A stretch of DNA of 64,000 bases from a virus (lineage: Duplodnaviria > Caudoviricetes), in the IMG/VR virus record IMGVR_UViG_3300025372_000639, positions 32,001 to 96,000 of that record; one strand, 5' to 3'. Both the position numbers and the translations under genes were made by a program. Every line of letters begins with the position of its first letter. Positions within the stretch are counted from its first letter, which is position 1. The notes below the pieces were generated by a model that ran no database searches, was not told the origin of the DNA, and saw only the letters and a list, made by a program, of their open reading frames with translations. Of the stretch, positions 35,617-45,287 are shown piece after piece.

Positions 35617-36233
35617 TTAAAATATTGCATCCTATATTCGTTTTTTAAAATATGTAAGGTAATTAACGTAGGAACTTTAAGTACATTATAAGGTTTGAAA
35701 AAGAACCTATGTTGCTCTCTTTTACATTCATCCCCTGGTTGATAAACACCATCCCACAATATTTCATATCTTAGATTGCCAATTACAGACGGATCTCTTG
35801 CCATCAGTCTATTTCTAAACTCAAAGTCTGCCTTTCCTTCATCAAGTTCCCTAGCTGTATAGAATTGAAATATATTGTGTTGTTCACCATAAGCAGTTAA
35901 TAATTTCATTATACCTGCATGTACAGCAAAATGAGATCTTACAGATGCAAACGAGTCGATTCCTAAATTGAATGCTTGACCATGTGTGTACCAAATCCCT
36001 GAAGGCTCGTGATACCCGCCTGCAGAAACTGCAACCAAAGAATCGTTCAAAAAACATCCTCCTACTTTATAATTAGGTTGGTGGAATAGAAATTCTAACC
36101 TTGAAATGTATTCTAACTTTTCTTCAGTGGACAACACTCTGCCCATAAATTTTTCTTTACTTTTATGTAGGTCAACAAAGTCGGAGAAATCATCCTCTTC
36201 AAGCAATCTATATGTGTAGTTCGGGTTTATCAT
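35592..36233 (-). CDS. hypothetical protein, possibly GNAT-like
   Basis: N-terminal YRLLEEDDF and GCFLNDSLVA resemble GNAT strands (weak). Confidence 0.45.
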   Translation of the reverse strand: MINPNYTYRLLEEDDFSDFVDLHKSKEKFMGRVLSTEEKLEYISRLEFLFHQPNYKVGGCFLNDSLVAVSAGGYHEPSGIWYTHGQAFNLGIDSFASVRSHFAVHAGIMKLLTAYGEQHNIFQFYTARELDEGKADFEFRNRLMARDPSVIGNLRYEILWDGVYQPGDECKREQHRFFFKPYNVLKVPTLITLHILKNEYRMQYFNQNTSIGM

Positions 36234-36276
36234 TCAGGTATTTAGTACCACTATAAATACATAAAAATAAAACACT

Positions 36277-36384
36277 ATGAACCCATTTAAATTTATTACC
36301 AACTGGTTTAGAAGAAGAAAGCAACGTAAGGAATTAGAAAAACGTATTGCAGAACTTCGTAAACGAGATCCCTTCATTTATTAA
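36277..36384 (+). CDS. 35-aa peptide ending RDPFIY (not in ORF track)
   Basis: open frame read by hand, ends 2 nt before carbamoyltransferase. Confidence 0.6.
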   Translation: MNPFKFITNWFRRRKQRKELEKRIAELRKRDPFIY

Positions 36385-36386
36385 AC

Positions 36387-37841
36387 ATGATCATAGGAAT
36401 TAACGGACAGAACCACGACGCCAGCATGGCGTTAATTCATAACGAAGATATCTTATGGGCAGCACATGCTGAAAGATATTCAAGGGTTAAAAACGATACT
36501 TACTTAAATTCGACAATGATCGAAGAGATGTACAAGTACGGAGAACCTAAATTAGCAGTATGGTTCGAAAAACCTTTTTCAAAATCCTTAAGAAAACTTT
36601 ACAGCGGGCAACGTCCTTGGTGGTGTAATCCAAAAGAAGAATTAAAACGTGTAGGCCTTGGACACTTACCTATTGAATATGTAGGACATCATGAAAGTCA
36701 TGCTGCTGCCGGTTTTTATACCAGTGGATACAGCGATGCGGCTATCTTGGTTGTCGATGCCATAGGTGAATGGGACACCGTGAGTATCTGGAAAGGTACG
36801 CACTACGGCCTGCAAAGAGTATGGAGTAAAAGATATCCAGATAGTATAGGTTTATTTTATACAGCATTTACACAATACCTAGGACTAAGGCCTAACGAAG
36901 AAGAATACATTTTAATGGGCATGGCTGCGCTAGGCAAACCTATATTAGTAGAAAAACTTAAAGAAGATTTCTTTAACGAGTTTAATGCACCCGACTTTAA
37001 ATTAAAGCACAATTTACACAATGGTTGTCGATGGTGGGAGACTCCTGAAGGTGTAAGCAACTATGATATAGCCGCAAGCGTACAAGCCATTACGGAAGAA
37101 TATCTTACAGCAACTACACAATGGATGAAACAACATATATCTAGTGATAATCTTGTATTCATGGGCGGATGTGCATTAAATTGTGTTGCCAATAGTCTAA
37201 TTGCTAAAAATACATCTTACAAAAATGTGTGGATCATGCCTAATCCAGGAGATGCTGGTAGTGCTATCGGAGCAGTTGCTGCCTTAGAACGTAAACAACT
37301 AACATGGACTAGCCCGTATTTAGGTACCAACATCAACCGTGTTTTAGATATCGAAGGAATTGTCAATCAATTAATAAAAGGCGAAGTTGTCGCAGTAGCA
37401 AACGGCCGTGCAGAGTTTGGTCCAAGAGCCTTAGGAAATCGTAGTTTACTATGCGATCCCCGAGGACCCGGTGCCAAAGCAAACATGAACAGACTGAAAA
37501 AGCGTGAGGCATTTAGACCCTTTGCTCCTGCGGTTTTAGAGGAACATGCTGATATGTATTTTGATATGCCTGTAAAATCTAGCCCATATATGCAGTTTGT
37601 TGCTCGTTGTAGGGTTCCAGAGCTTTTGCCAGGAATATGCCATTATGATAATACCAGTAGGGTCCAGACCGTTAAAACCCAAGATAATCCAAATTTCAGG
37701 GCAATTTTAGAGCTTTGGCATGAAAAAACCGGCTGTCCTATGCTGATGAACACTAGCTTAAACGTCAAAGGCGAGCCCTTGGTAAATAGTTTAGAAGATG
37801 CAATGCGTTGGGAAAGGATAAATGGCGTAAAAGTATTTTGA
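36387..37841 (+). CDS. NodU/CmcH-family carbamoyltransferase
   Basis: HDAS, HHESHAA, GGCALNC.AN, EFGPRALGNRS, RPFAP, NTSLN..GEP. Confidence 0.93.
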   Translation: MIIGINGQNHDASMALIHNEDILWAAHAERYSRVKNDTYLNSTMIEEMYKYGEPKLAVWFEKPFSKSLRKLYSGQRPWWCNPKEELKRVGLGHLPIEYVGHHESHAAAGFYTSGYSDAAILVVDAIGEWDTVSIWKGTHYGLQRVWSKRYPDSIGLFYTAFTQYLGLRPNEEEYILMGMAALGKPILVEKLKEDFFNEFNAPDFKLKHNLHNGCRWWETPEGVSNYDIAASVQAITEEYLTATTQWMKQHISSDNLVFMGGCALNCVANSLIAKNTSYKNVWIMPNPGDAGSAIGAVAALERKQLTWTSPYLGTNINRVLDIEGIVNQLIKGEVVAVANGRAEFGPRALGNRSLLCDPRGPGAKANMNRLKKREAFRPFAPAVLEEHADMYFDMPVKSSPYMQFVARCRVPELLPGICHYDNTSRVQTVKTQDNPNFRAILELWHEKTGCPMLMNTSLNVKGEPLVNSLEDAMRWERINGVKVF

Positions 37842-37894
37842 CTTTTTCCAAGAATGAGTTTTACAATTAAGACTCACACTATAAGGACTTTGAA

Positions 37895-38629
37895 ATGAGT
37901 ACACGCAGATCTAAATTTGATTGGTCCATTTTAAACCGAACCGGGTTAATTGAATACTTTTGGAGTCTATATCCAGAAGTAACAGATACAGAGTTAACGG
38001 TTACTCAATTTCATACAAAATTTTCAAGGCACATAAAAAAACAACTTCCGATTAGGATATCAAAATTAAGAAATATAAAAGTAGAACCAAATTGGATATG
38101 GGCAGGCGGCACATACTTCAGCGATTGGGACAAAGAAAAGAAACAATGTATAGAAATACAATTAGTTTATAATATGTCTCAAGAAATAATTGTTGTATCA
38201 AAGAAAAGATTTCGAAGATTGTGTCATACGATTGCAGATACAATCTTACACGAGATAATGCACATGAGGCAATATCGTCGTAGAAAATTTAAAGAATTGC
38301 CTGAGTATGCAAGCACCGCAGCCAGAGAAGAAAAAAGACAGGAACAAAGTTATTTAGGTTGCACTGACGAGATTGATGCATATAGTTTTAACATTGCCTG
38401 CGAGTTATTAGATAAATTTAAAAATAACCCTAAACTGGTTGTAAACTACTTAAATGAAAATCAAAAAGGGTTGAGACGAACACACAATTGCTGGAGAATG
38501 TATTTAAAAGCATTTGATCACGATCATAATCATCCTGTCATACAACGAGTTAAGAAAAAAGTTACACGCTACATACCACACGCACTAAACGGAAAACCTT
38601 ATAAAAACAAAGATTGGATTAGTCGATAG
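37895..38629 (+). CDS. HExxH-motif protein
   Basis: LHEIMHMRQ...EIDAY. Confidence 0.55.
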   Translation: MSTRRSKFDWSILNRTGLIEYFWSLYPEVTDTELTVTQFHTKFSRHIKKQLPIRISKLRNIKVEPNWIWAGGTYFSDWDKEKKQCIEIQLVYNMSQEIIVVSKKRFRRLCHTIADTILHEIMHMRQYRRRKFKELPEYASTAAREEKRQEQSYLGCTDEIDAYSFNIACELLDKFKNNPKLVVNYLNENQKGLRRTHNCWRMYLKAFDHDHNHPVIQRVKKKVTRYIPHALNGKPYKNKDWISR

Positions 38630-38634
38630 TTAAG

Positions 38635-39237
38635 ATGCTAATAGATTGTGATTACAAAATTATAGGAAAGATAGATAATAAGATCATAGAGTCGTTAAAG
38701 AATGTATGTCTATCTATAGATTGGAACGATCCTCAATTTATTAGAAAAGAAAATAAGTTAAGAGAGGGGAAACTTTATTGTTTGCCGTATTTGATGATTT
38801 CGCCTGTCCAAAAACAATATTCAGAAGAAAGTTTAGAACTAACTAATGATATACAAAATATTATGAGTATGTTTCCAGGACATACCATAGTACGTGGCGA
38901 GTTATCAACACTTGATGTTAATACAAAACTTGATCCTCACATCGATCGAGATTGGTTTCATAGATGTTGTAGAAGGATTCACATACCTGTCTTTACCAAT
39001 GACAAATGTGAGCACATATTTGAAGGAAGGTCGCATCATTTAGAAGAAGGGTACGTTTACGAAATCAATAACCGCATTATGCATTCTGGGATCAACAATG
39101 GAACTTATATGCGTATTCATTTGATTTTAGATTTAATGGATACTGAAATTTTTGAAACGTTAACACCACATCAAAAAACTTTTTCTATGTTTTCTCGAAT
39201 GGTAGCAGACCCAATAAATGGTAAAGAAGTAGAATAA
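38635..39237 (+). CDS. Asp/Asn beta-hydroxylase-like oxygenase
   Basis: PHID, RRIHIP, YEINNRIMHS. Confidence 0.8.
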   Translation: MLIDCDYKIIGKIDNKIIESLKNVCLSIDWNDPQFIRKENKLREGKLYCLPYLMISPVQKQYSEESLELTNDIQNIMSMFPGHTIVRGELSTLDVNTKLDPHIDRDWFHRCCRRIHIPVFTNDKCEHIFEGRSHHLEEGYVYEINNRIMHSGINNGTYMRIHLILDLMDTEIFETLTPHQKTFSMFSRMVADPINGKEVE

Positions 39238-39238
39238 T

Positions 39239-39853
39239 ATGTTAATGGATTGTGATTATAAAATTTTAGGTCCAATAGACCAGAGCCTAATTGACTCAGT
39301 AAAAGATAAATGCCTGTCAGTCAATTGGGCAGATAATAAATTTGACAGATTTGAAACCACTCTGCTCGAGGGCAGATTGTGTTGTATGCCATATGTTATC
39401 ATCAACGAAAAACAAAAACGACATTCTGAAGAACAATTAGAATTAATTAAAACATTAGAACCTATTGTAGATCGAGTAATGGAACATTTCCCCGGATACA
39501 TGAAAATGCGTGGAGAAGTTGCAACATTATATAGTGGCGCAAGATTGGTATTACATCGCGACACTTCCTGGTTCCATACCGTTTGCAGAAGAATTCATGT
39601 TCCTATCTATACTAACGATAAATGCGAACAGATATTTGAAAATAGATCGTTTCATTTAGATGAAGGTTTTATCTATGAGATCAACAATCGTATACCTCAT
39701 TCTGCATATAATGGCGGGAATGAATTTCGAATTCATTTGATTATAGATATAATGGAAGAAGAAAAGTTCAATGCACTTAATAAGGCTGAACGTTCTTGGA
39801 ATCAACTAACCCGTCCTATTCCTGCGCCAGTAGATGGCAAAGAAGTTATTTGA
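39239..39853 (+). CDS. Asp/Asn beta-hydroxylase-like oxygenase (tandem paralog)
   Basis: LHRD, RRIHVP, YEINNRIPHS. Confidence 0.8.
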   Translation: MLMDCDYKILGPIDQSLIDSVKDKCLSVNWADNKFDRFETTLLEGRLCCMPYVIINEKQKRHSEEQLELIKTLEPIVDRVMEHFPGYMKMRGEVATLYSGARLVLHRDTSWFHTVCRRIHVPIYTNDKCEQIFENRSFHLDEGFIYEINNRIPHSAYNGGNEFRIHLIIDIMEEEKFNALNKAERSWNQLTRPIPAPVDGKEVI

Positions 39854-39883
39854 CTTAATATAAAAGTCATGCTATAGTATAGT

Positions 39884-40111
39884 ATGACATACACTATTCA
39901 TAAAACTCAGGTACATGCTATTCGAGAAGATGATAAAAACTTCCGGATTCAGGATGGCTTTGTTTCTTACCCGCGGGCAATGATACATGTTCTGCCCGAA
40001 TGCCCACAAGACGTTCGAGAAATGATCAATTGGGCATCATCATCTGGCTATCTTAAATGTGTCGCGCATGTTACAGAGCGTGAACTTATTTTCATGGGGC
40101 TCACTAAATGA
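39884..40111 (+). CDS. hypothetical protein
   Basis: ORF behind promoter-like sequence. Confidence 0.5.
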   Translation: MTYTIHKTQVHAIREDDKNFRIQDGFVSYPRAMIHVLPECPQDVREMINWASSSGYLKCVAHVTERELIFMGLTK

Positions 40112-40977
40112 TATTAAATACTACTTTAACGATGCCCGGCACTATTGGCGGCGCAAAATTTGTTTTCAAAAAACCAGAACATATGAAAAAAATTGGAATT
40201 ATAGGATTAGGATTTGTAGGTGGTGCTATCAAAGCATCAATAGATTGGGGAGATGATGCATTTGTTATTATTGACCCTGCAAAAGGATTTACAGCAACAT
40301 ATCAAGATATTGCAAACGAAACAGATGGTGTATTTGTATGTGTTCCAACTCCAATGGGAGACGACGGAGTTTGCGATACCAGTTTCCTAGTAGATGTACT
40401 GAGCAATTTAAAGGCTGTAAACTACAGCGGAGTTATTATTAGCAAGTGTACAGCACCTCCTAGTACCTACGAAGCACTAAACTACCACTACCCTAATCTA
40501 GTTCATGCTCCTGAATTCTTAACAGCCGCTAATGCTGTGCGCGATTATGCTAATGGTAAATTTGCTATAATCGGTGGTAGGATTTCTGCTTATGTTAGAG
40601 AAGCAGAACGTATTATTAGAATAACACAGACTAATCTCGGAGATAATGTACGTCATTGCTCAATTGGAGAAGCCGCATTAGCCAAGTATACCATCAATAG
40701 CTTTTTAGCAACCAAAGTTACATTCATGAATGAACTATATGAAATTGCTCAAGCGGCTGGATTAGATTACAATCTAATTGCTAAAATGGTAACTATGGAT
40801 CAGCGTATTGGTTCAAGCCATATGCAAGTTCCAGGTCCGGATGGGTCGTTCGGATTTGGTGGGGCTTGTTTCCCTAAAGATACTGCCGCACTATTAAAAT
40901 ATGCAGAGTCTTTAAATCAAACACCCATGGTGCTTGATGCCGCAGTTAGAAAAAATACCCTATTAAGATTAAAGTGA
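40108..40977 (+). CDS. ugd: UDP-glucose/GDP-mannose dehydrogenase family
   Basis: GIIGLGFVG, CVPTP, PEFL, KY..N.FLA.KV, GFGGACFPKD. Confidence 0.85.
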   Translation: MILNTTLTMPGTIGGAKFVFKKPEHMKKIGIIGLGFVGGAIKASIDWGDDAFVIIDPAKGFTATYQDIANETDGVFVCVPTPMGDDGVCDTSFLVDVLSNLKAVNYSGVIISKCTAPPSTYEALNYHYPNLVHAPEFLTAANAVRDYANGKFAIIGGRISAYVREAERIIRITQTNLGDNVRHCSIGEAALAKYTINSFLATKVTFMNELYEIAQAAGLDYNLIAKMVTMDQRIGSSHMQVPGPDGSFGFGGACFPKDTAALLKYAESLNQTPMVLDAAVRKNTLLRLK

Positions 40978-40983
40978 GAACAT

Positions 40984-41238
40984 ATGAACGAAATTGAACA
41001 ACACATAATTTCAATTGTTGCTAAAATGCGTAAGAAGGATCCGTCCACTATTACTAACCAATTGAAATTTACAGATGACTTAGGCATGGATAGTTTAGAC
41101 ACCGTAGAAATTGTAATCGAACTTGAAGATATCTACGGTATAGAGTTAGATGAGAAAAATGCTCAAGACATTATTACCATAAACGATTTATCTAAAAAGA
41201 TCAAACAAGAGCTTGACAAAAAGAAATCTGTTGCGTAA
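40984..41238 (+). CDS. acpP: acyl carrier protein
   Basis: DDLGMDSLDTVE phosphopantetheine site. Confidence 0.9.
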   Translation: MNEIEQHIISIVAKMRKKDPSTITNQLKFTDDLGMDSLDTVEIVIELEDIYGIELDEKNAQDIITINDLSKKIKQELDKKKSVA

Positions 41239-41250
41239 AATAAACAGAAT

Positions 41251-41277
41251 GGCAATCCACTGCCTAAACATCGGAGA
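41251..41277 (+). promoter_or_regulatory. small hairpin/pseudoknot in folE leader
   Basis: GGCA-ATCCAC-TGCC; loop TCC complementary to GGA of RBS; promoter TTGACA-17-TAAAAT at 41213-41241. Confidence 0.4.
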
Positions 41278-41284
41278 ATAATAA

Positions 41285-42112
41285 TTGACAAAAAGAGAAT
41301 ATAAAAACGATCCTGTAGTTCAGGCAAACTCAAAGCCAGAATTTAAATCAGATGAGTATGTACCTTTAAAGAAAGAAGTATATATTAAAGCAGGCGAAGA
41401 TATGTCTGATAAAGGTTATGAAGAAGCGTACCTAGCAGATGTACTTCGCTTTAAGATGAAACGAGAACAGAAGCGTTTTTGGGCAGGTGACAATATTAGC
41501 GAATATGTCACCGAAGAACACAAAGAAAAATTAATCGACGAAGCAACAGAAGCATTTGAACTAGTACTTGATCGATTGCTTATTGATAGAGAAACTGATC
41601 CTAACTCAAAAGGCACAGCACGTAGGCTTGCCAAAATGTATTTTAATGAAATAATGGCAGGAAGATATGAACCAGCACCAGACGCAACAGCATTTCCAAA
41701 CGATAGCGAGGATCGTTATGAAGGCATGTTGGTGGTTAGGAGTGAGCTTCGTAGTATGTGTAGCCATCATCATCAGCCAGTTAGCGGTGTTGCCTATATT
41801 GGAATCATTGCCGCTCAGAAACTCATTGGATTGTCCAAGTACACAAGAATCGCCCAGTGGTGTGCCAGACGCGGTACACTCCAGGAAGAACTTTGTAATG
41901 ACATTGCTCGAGAAATTCAAAAAGCCACAGGTGCAGGCGATCTAGGTGTATATGTACAAGCAGTACATGGATGCTGTGAAAACCGTGGCATTATGGCTAA
42001 AAGTAGTTTAACTCAAACTACCGTACTGAAAGGTGCATTTAAAGAAGATCCTGGTACTAAAAAAGAGTTTTTTGATAATATCAAAATGCAACAGGAATAT
42101 GCATCAAAATGA
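41285..42112 (+). CDS. folE: GTP cyclohydrolase I
   Basis: SMCSHHHQP, GLSKY.R, RRG.LQEEL, HGCC..RG. Confidence 0.92.
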   Translation: MTKREYKNDPVVQANSKPEFKSDEYVPLKKEVYIKAGEDMSDKGYEEAYLADVLRFKMKREQKRFWAGDNISEYVTEEHKEKLIDEATEAFELVLDRLLIDRETDPNSKGTARRLAKMYFNEIMAGRYEPAPDATAFPNDSEDRYEGMLVVRSELRSMCSHHHQPVSGVAYIGIIAAQKLIGLSKYTRIAQWCARRGTLQEELCNDIAREIQKATGAGDLGVYVQAVHGCCENRGIMAKSSLTQTTVLKGAFKEDPGTKKEFFDNIKMQQEYASK

Positions 42113-42336
42113 CAACTGCTAGAGATATAACCAAACAATTGATAGATCGTGCAAAAAATTTACAAGAATTTATAGTCGAACGAGATATGAATGAAATTCC
42201 GTTGCACGGTACTATTAAATTTGATATAAAACATACACACGGTAAACCAGCTAAAATTATTGTTTACGCTATATCTCAACAAGAAGCAGAACAAATGGTT
42301 GATGATTGGTTTTCTGAGGATCACAATGAATGGTAA
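42109..42336 (+). CDS. hypothetical protein
   Basis: coupled ORF. Confidence 0.5.
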   Translation: MTTARDITKQLIDRAKNLQEFIVERDMNEIPLHGTIKFDIKHTHGKPAKIIVYAISQQEAEQMVDDWFSEDHNEW

Positions 42337-42391
42337 GATTAGTTCTTGACTTTATTCACATACTAAACTATAATAAACTATAAGGTAAAAC

Positions 42392-43099
42392 ATGAAAAAA
42401 CCCAAACTCAATATTCCTAACCGTCAGGCAATGCAACAACGTCCTGCGGCACAACCTGCACCACAACCAGGTCAACGCCCAAGTATTATGATTGCAGTTC
42501 CGGCGATGGAAATGGTCAATGCAGAATTTGCACAGCATTTAGCCATGGCGGCCGCTAATATGGTTGCTAATGGTATCAAAATTAATTGCGCTTTTAACAT
42601 TGGATCAGTAATTACGATTGCTCGTCGTAACTTAGTTGATATATTTTTAAAATCCGATTTTGATTATATTTGGTGGGTTGATAGCGATATGAAATTTCCT
42701 ATCGATGCACCTATGCGATTGTTAGCACGTAACAAGCCAATTGTTGGTGCAAACTATCGTCGTCGTCGTTTCCCTAATCCTAACTTTACAGGCATGATGG
42801 GCAAAAGCGGCGCATTCCAAGAATTCCAAACCACAGACAATTCGCCAGCAATGGAATTGATCGATGTGTTGCCGCATGGCATGGTCCTATGTAAGCGTGA
42901 AGTTTACGAAAAAATCCCACACCCTCACTACCTACAAGAGTATGTTCCAGAACTTAATCTTGAAATTGGTGAAGATATCTTCTTCTGCCAACAAGCACAA
43001 AAGGCAGGATACGAGATCTGGTGTGATCAAGAACTGAGTAGAGAAATAGCACACATTGGTATTTTCCACTTTAACTACAATCTATCAGTTCCAAAATAA
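42392..43099 (+). CDS. GT-A fold glycosyltransferase-like protein
   Basis: ARRNLV, WVDSDM (DxD), GEDIFFC. Confidence 0.7.
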   Translation: MKKPKLNIPNRQAMQQRPAAQPAPQPGQRPSIMIAVPAMEMVNAEFAQHLAMAAANMVANGIKINCAFNIGSVITIARRNLVDIFLKSDFDYIWWVDSDMKFPIDAPMRLLARNKPIVGANYRRRRFPNPNFTGMMGKSGAFQEFQTTDNSPAMELIDVLPHGMVLCKREVYEKIPHPHYLQEYVPELNLEIGEDIFFCQQAQKAGYEIWCDQELSREIAHIGIFHFNYNLSVPK

Positions 43100-43113
43100 A
43101 AGAAAGGAACCCT

Positions 43114-43281
43114 ATGTTATTTGAAAGCATAGAAATTCGCAAGGTCTGTAACGGTGTTATTGTAACCTTGCGTAGCGAAGAAGATGAAGATCAGGAGTAT
43201 GTATATGACTCCGATCGTAAAGCGATTAAGTTCGTTAAAGATCTTCTTGAGACCAAAGGTAAAGAGACTCAATCTGTATGA
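43114..43281 (+). CDS. small hypothetical protein (55 aa; not in ORF track)
   Basis: AAGGA RBS, ATGA overlap with next gene. Confidence 0.55.
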   Translation: MLFESIEIRKVCNGVIVTLRSEEDEDQEYVYDSDRKAIKFVKDLLETKGKETQSV

Positions 43282-43730
43282 CTATTAAGAAATCCTACGA
43301 AGTAGGCGATACCGTATGGATTTACGGAATTAATCGAAGTAATACAAAGCCTGCAAAAGGTAAAGTTATTAAAACAATCGATCTTAGCGATGTCGGATAT
43401 ACCACCGGCAATCATTATGTAATTGAAGTACCTTCTCACATTGAACCCTTGTTAGAAATACGTACTTGGCATAATATAAGTCAAGACGAAAAAGGCCCTG
43501 TTGGTTCGTTAAGAGAGTTAGGTAACGTTGAGTCTACTATTAAATTTGCCAGTACCGTTGGTTTTGCTTTTGATGACAATCCTGAACTTGATTCAGATGA
43601 TGACGAAATTAGCCCCGATCAGATTCATGCGGCTTTAGAAAAGAGTCAACAAGATACAGCTCATGCTCCTTTAAATCTTAAAGTTGAAAAGCCGAAACGT
43701 AGACACTATCCTAGGAAGAAAAAGGTTTGA
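43278..43730 (+). CDS. hypothetical protein
   Basis: ORF in coupled operon. Confidence 0.6.
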   Translation: MTIKKSYEVGDTVWIYGINRSNTKPAKGKVIKTIDLSDVGYTTGNHYVIEVPSHIEPLLEIRTWHNISQDEKGPVGSLRELGNVESTIKFASTVGFAFDDNPELDSDDDEISPDQIHAALEKSQQDTAHAPLNLKVEKPKRRHYPRKKKV

Positions 43731-44041
43731 GCGCTCTTGATGACTTACAAAAGGTAATCTTTGAATGGAAGGATCAACTTTCTGTGATTACACCTAGCAT
43801 AACACGCAGAGGAAATGGCCCTAACTACTGGTATCGCCTACAATTTGTAGAGGTGCAAGAGGAAGCCAATGAGTGGTCAGGCTGGAGCTCTTCCAAACTT
43901 GATCAATGTATAGAGTGGGCCGCCGAACGATTAAAGAGTTGGAGCGATGTTAGAAGAGTGTCTTGGGACATGTGGGATTTTAAGAGTCGTCGAGATGCTG
44001 AAAAGTTTATAACGATATTTCACCTATCATGGGATCAGTAA
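43727..44041 (+). CDS. hypothetical protein
   Basis: ORF in coupled operon. Confidence 0.55.
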   Translation: MSALDDLQKVIFEWKDQLSVITPSITRRGNGPNYWYRLQFVEVQEEANEWSGWSSSKLDQCIEWAAERLKSWSDVRRVSWDMWDFKSRRDAEKFITIFHLSWDQ

Positions 44042-44349
44042 GATATCAAATTCGAGATGAAAACGGTCAAAGAATAATTGACGAAATCCATAGGGTTGTA
44101 GTCTACAGATTCATGATGGGAGATGTAGAGGATCCGGATTTATATGCAGGGCAACCTATTTGGGATTGGCAACAAACAGACGCAGGTAAGTTTGTTATGA
44201 AACATGCTCTAACTCAGCCTTCCTGGGAAAGACAAGTAGATCACACAACCTTGGGTTATCGATATATAATTATCGCAGAGTTAGAAAAGAAAAAACTATC
44301 AGAATTTTATCTAAGATGGGGCAAAGATGGAAGTGGTAAGATACGGTGA
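44029..44349 (+). CDS. hypothetical protein
   Basis: ORF in coupled operon. Confidence 0.55.
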   Translation: MGSVRYQIRDENGQRIIDEIHRVVVYRFMMGDVEDPDLYAGQPIWDWQQTDAGKFVMKHALTQPSWERQVDHTTLGYRYIIIAELEKKKLSEFYLRWGKDGSGKIR

Positions 44350-44557
44350 TACTTGTACCGTTAAACAAGCAAACTCTGGTAAAGCAGTAGAGGCCGAAGT
44401 TTTTGACTTTAAAGAACAAAAGAACCTTACCGTGGTTTTAAACAAAAGTGTAAAGCTACCAATGGTATGGAACGGTAAGCTATACGAAGGAAAAATGGCA
44501 GGTATTGATTTTACCAGTACAGGACCAAAAGTAACTAAGACAACAACAGGAAGATAA
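44327..44557 (+). CDS. hypothetical protein
   Basis: ORF in coupled operon. Confidence 0.55.
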   Translation: MEVVRYGDTCTVKQANSGKAVEAEVFDFKEQKNLTVVLNKSVKLPMVWNGKLYEGKMAGIDFTSTGPKVTKTTTGR

Positions 44558-44558
44558 T

Positions 44559-44738
44559 ATGAATTTTAAAATTGGTGACAAAGTAGAAAAGACTAGCGGT
44601 TATAAATGGCCAGGTGTAGTCATAGCGGCATTCGATACACTAGCAGGCGAGCGTAGAGTGGTAGTAGAATGTACTACTCCCGAAGTAGCAGGTGCGTTGC
44701 ACATCTATAACGAAAAACAATTAACTTTGGTAGACTAA
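44559..44738 (+). CDS. DfrB/R67 type-II DHFR-like SH3-fold protein (59 aa; not in ORF track)
   Basis: FKIGDKVEKTSGYKWPG...VVE...GALHIY resembles R67 FGMGDRVRKKSGAAWQG...AVE...GSVQIY. Confidence 0.6.
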   Translation: MNFKIGDKVEKTSGYKWPGVVIAAFDTLAGERRVVVECTTPEVAGALHIYNEKQLTLVD

Positions 44739-44739
44739 T

Positions 44740-44922
44740 ATGAGTGGACGTGGAATCATTGCTCAAGAAGAAGAACAAGAATGCGAATTGTGCGGCGCAT
44801 TTGAAGAATGTCGTCCTTATGGCCCAAACGGAGAACAAGTTTGTTTCGATTGTGGAATGAAAGACGAAGAAACAATGAAACGAAGAATGACGAAACATAT
44901 TTTTGGAGATACATTACAATGA
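44740..44922 (+). CDS. small Zn-finger-like protein
   Basis: CELC...RPYGPNGE..CFDC. Confidence 0.55.
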   Translation: MSGRGIIAQEEEQECELCGAFEECRPYGPNGEQVCFDCGMKDEETMKRRMTKHIFGDTLQ

Positions 44923-45287
44923 ACCCATTTCGCGATCAAGAAAAATTCATGAAGGCCTGCGACCAAAGTGTCGATAACTTTAACGAAGATCAATTTAATC
45001 TATATGTATCGTTAATCGAGGAAGAAGCCAACGAGTTAGCGGATGCAATCACAGCACACAACAAAGTTGAAACACTAGATGCACTAGTCGACATTCTGGT
45101 TGTTACTATTGGTGCATTACACAGCATGGGTGCAGACGCCGACGGTGCGTGGAAAGAAGTAATGCGTACTAACTTTGCCAAAATTGATAAAGAAACTGGC
45201 AAGGTCCGTAAGCGTGAAGATGGCAAAGTGCTCAAACCGATTGGGTGGACTCCACCAGAATTAGAACCGTTTGTTACCAAAAAGTAA
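44919..45287 (+). CDS. MazG-like NTP pyrophosphohydrolase
   Basis: LIEEEANEL, DAL.DIL.V, N..K...REDGKVLKP. Confidence 0.8.
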   Translation: MNPFRDQEKFMKACDQSVDNFNEDQFNLYVSLIEEEANELADAITAHNKVETLDALVDILVVTIGALHSMGADADGAWKEVMRTNFAKIDKETGKVRKREDGKVLKPIGWTPPELEPFVTKK

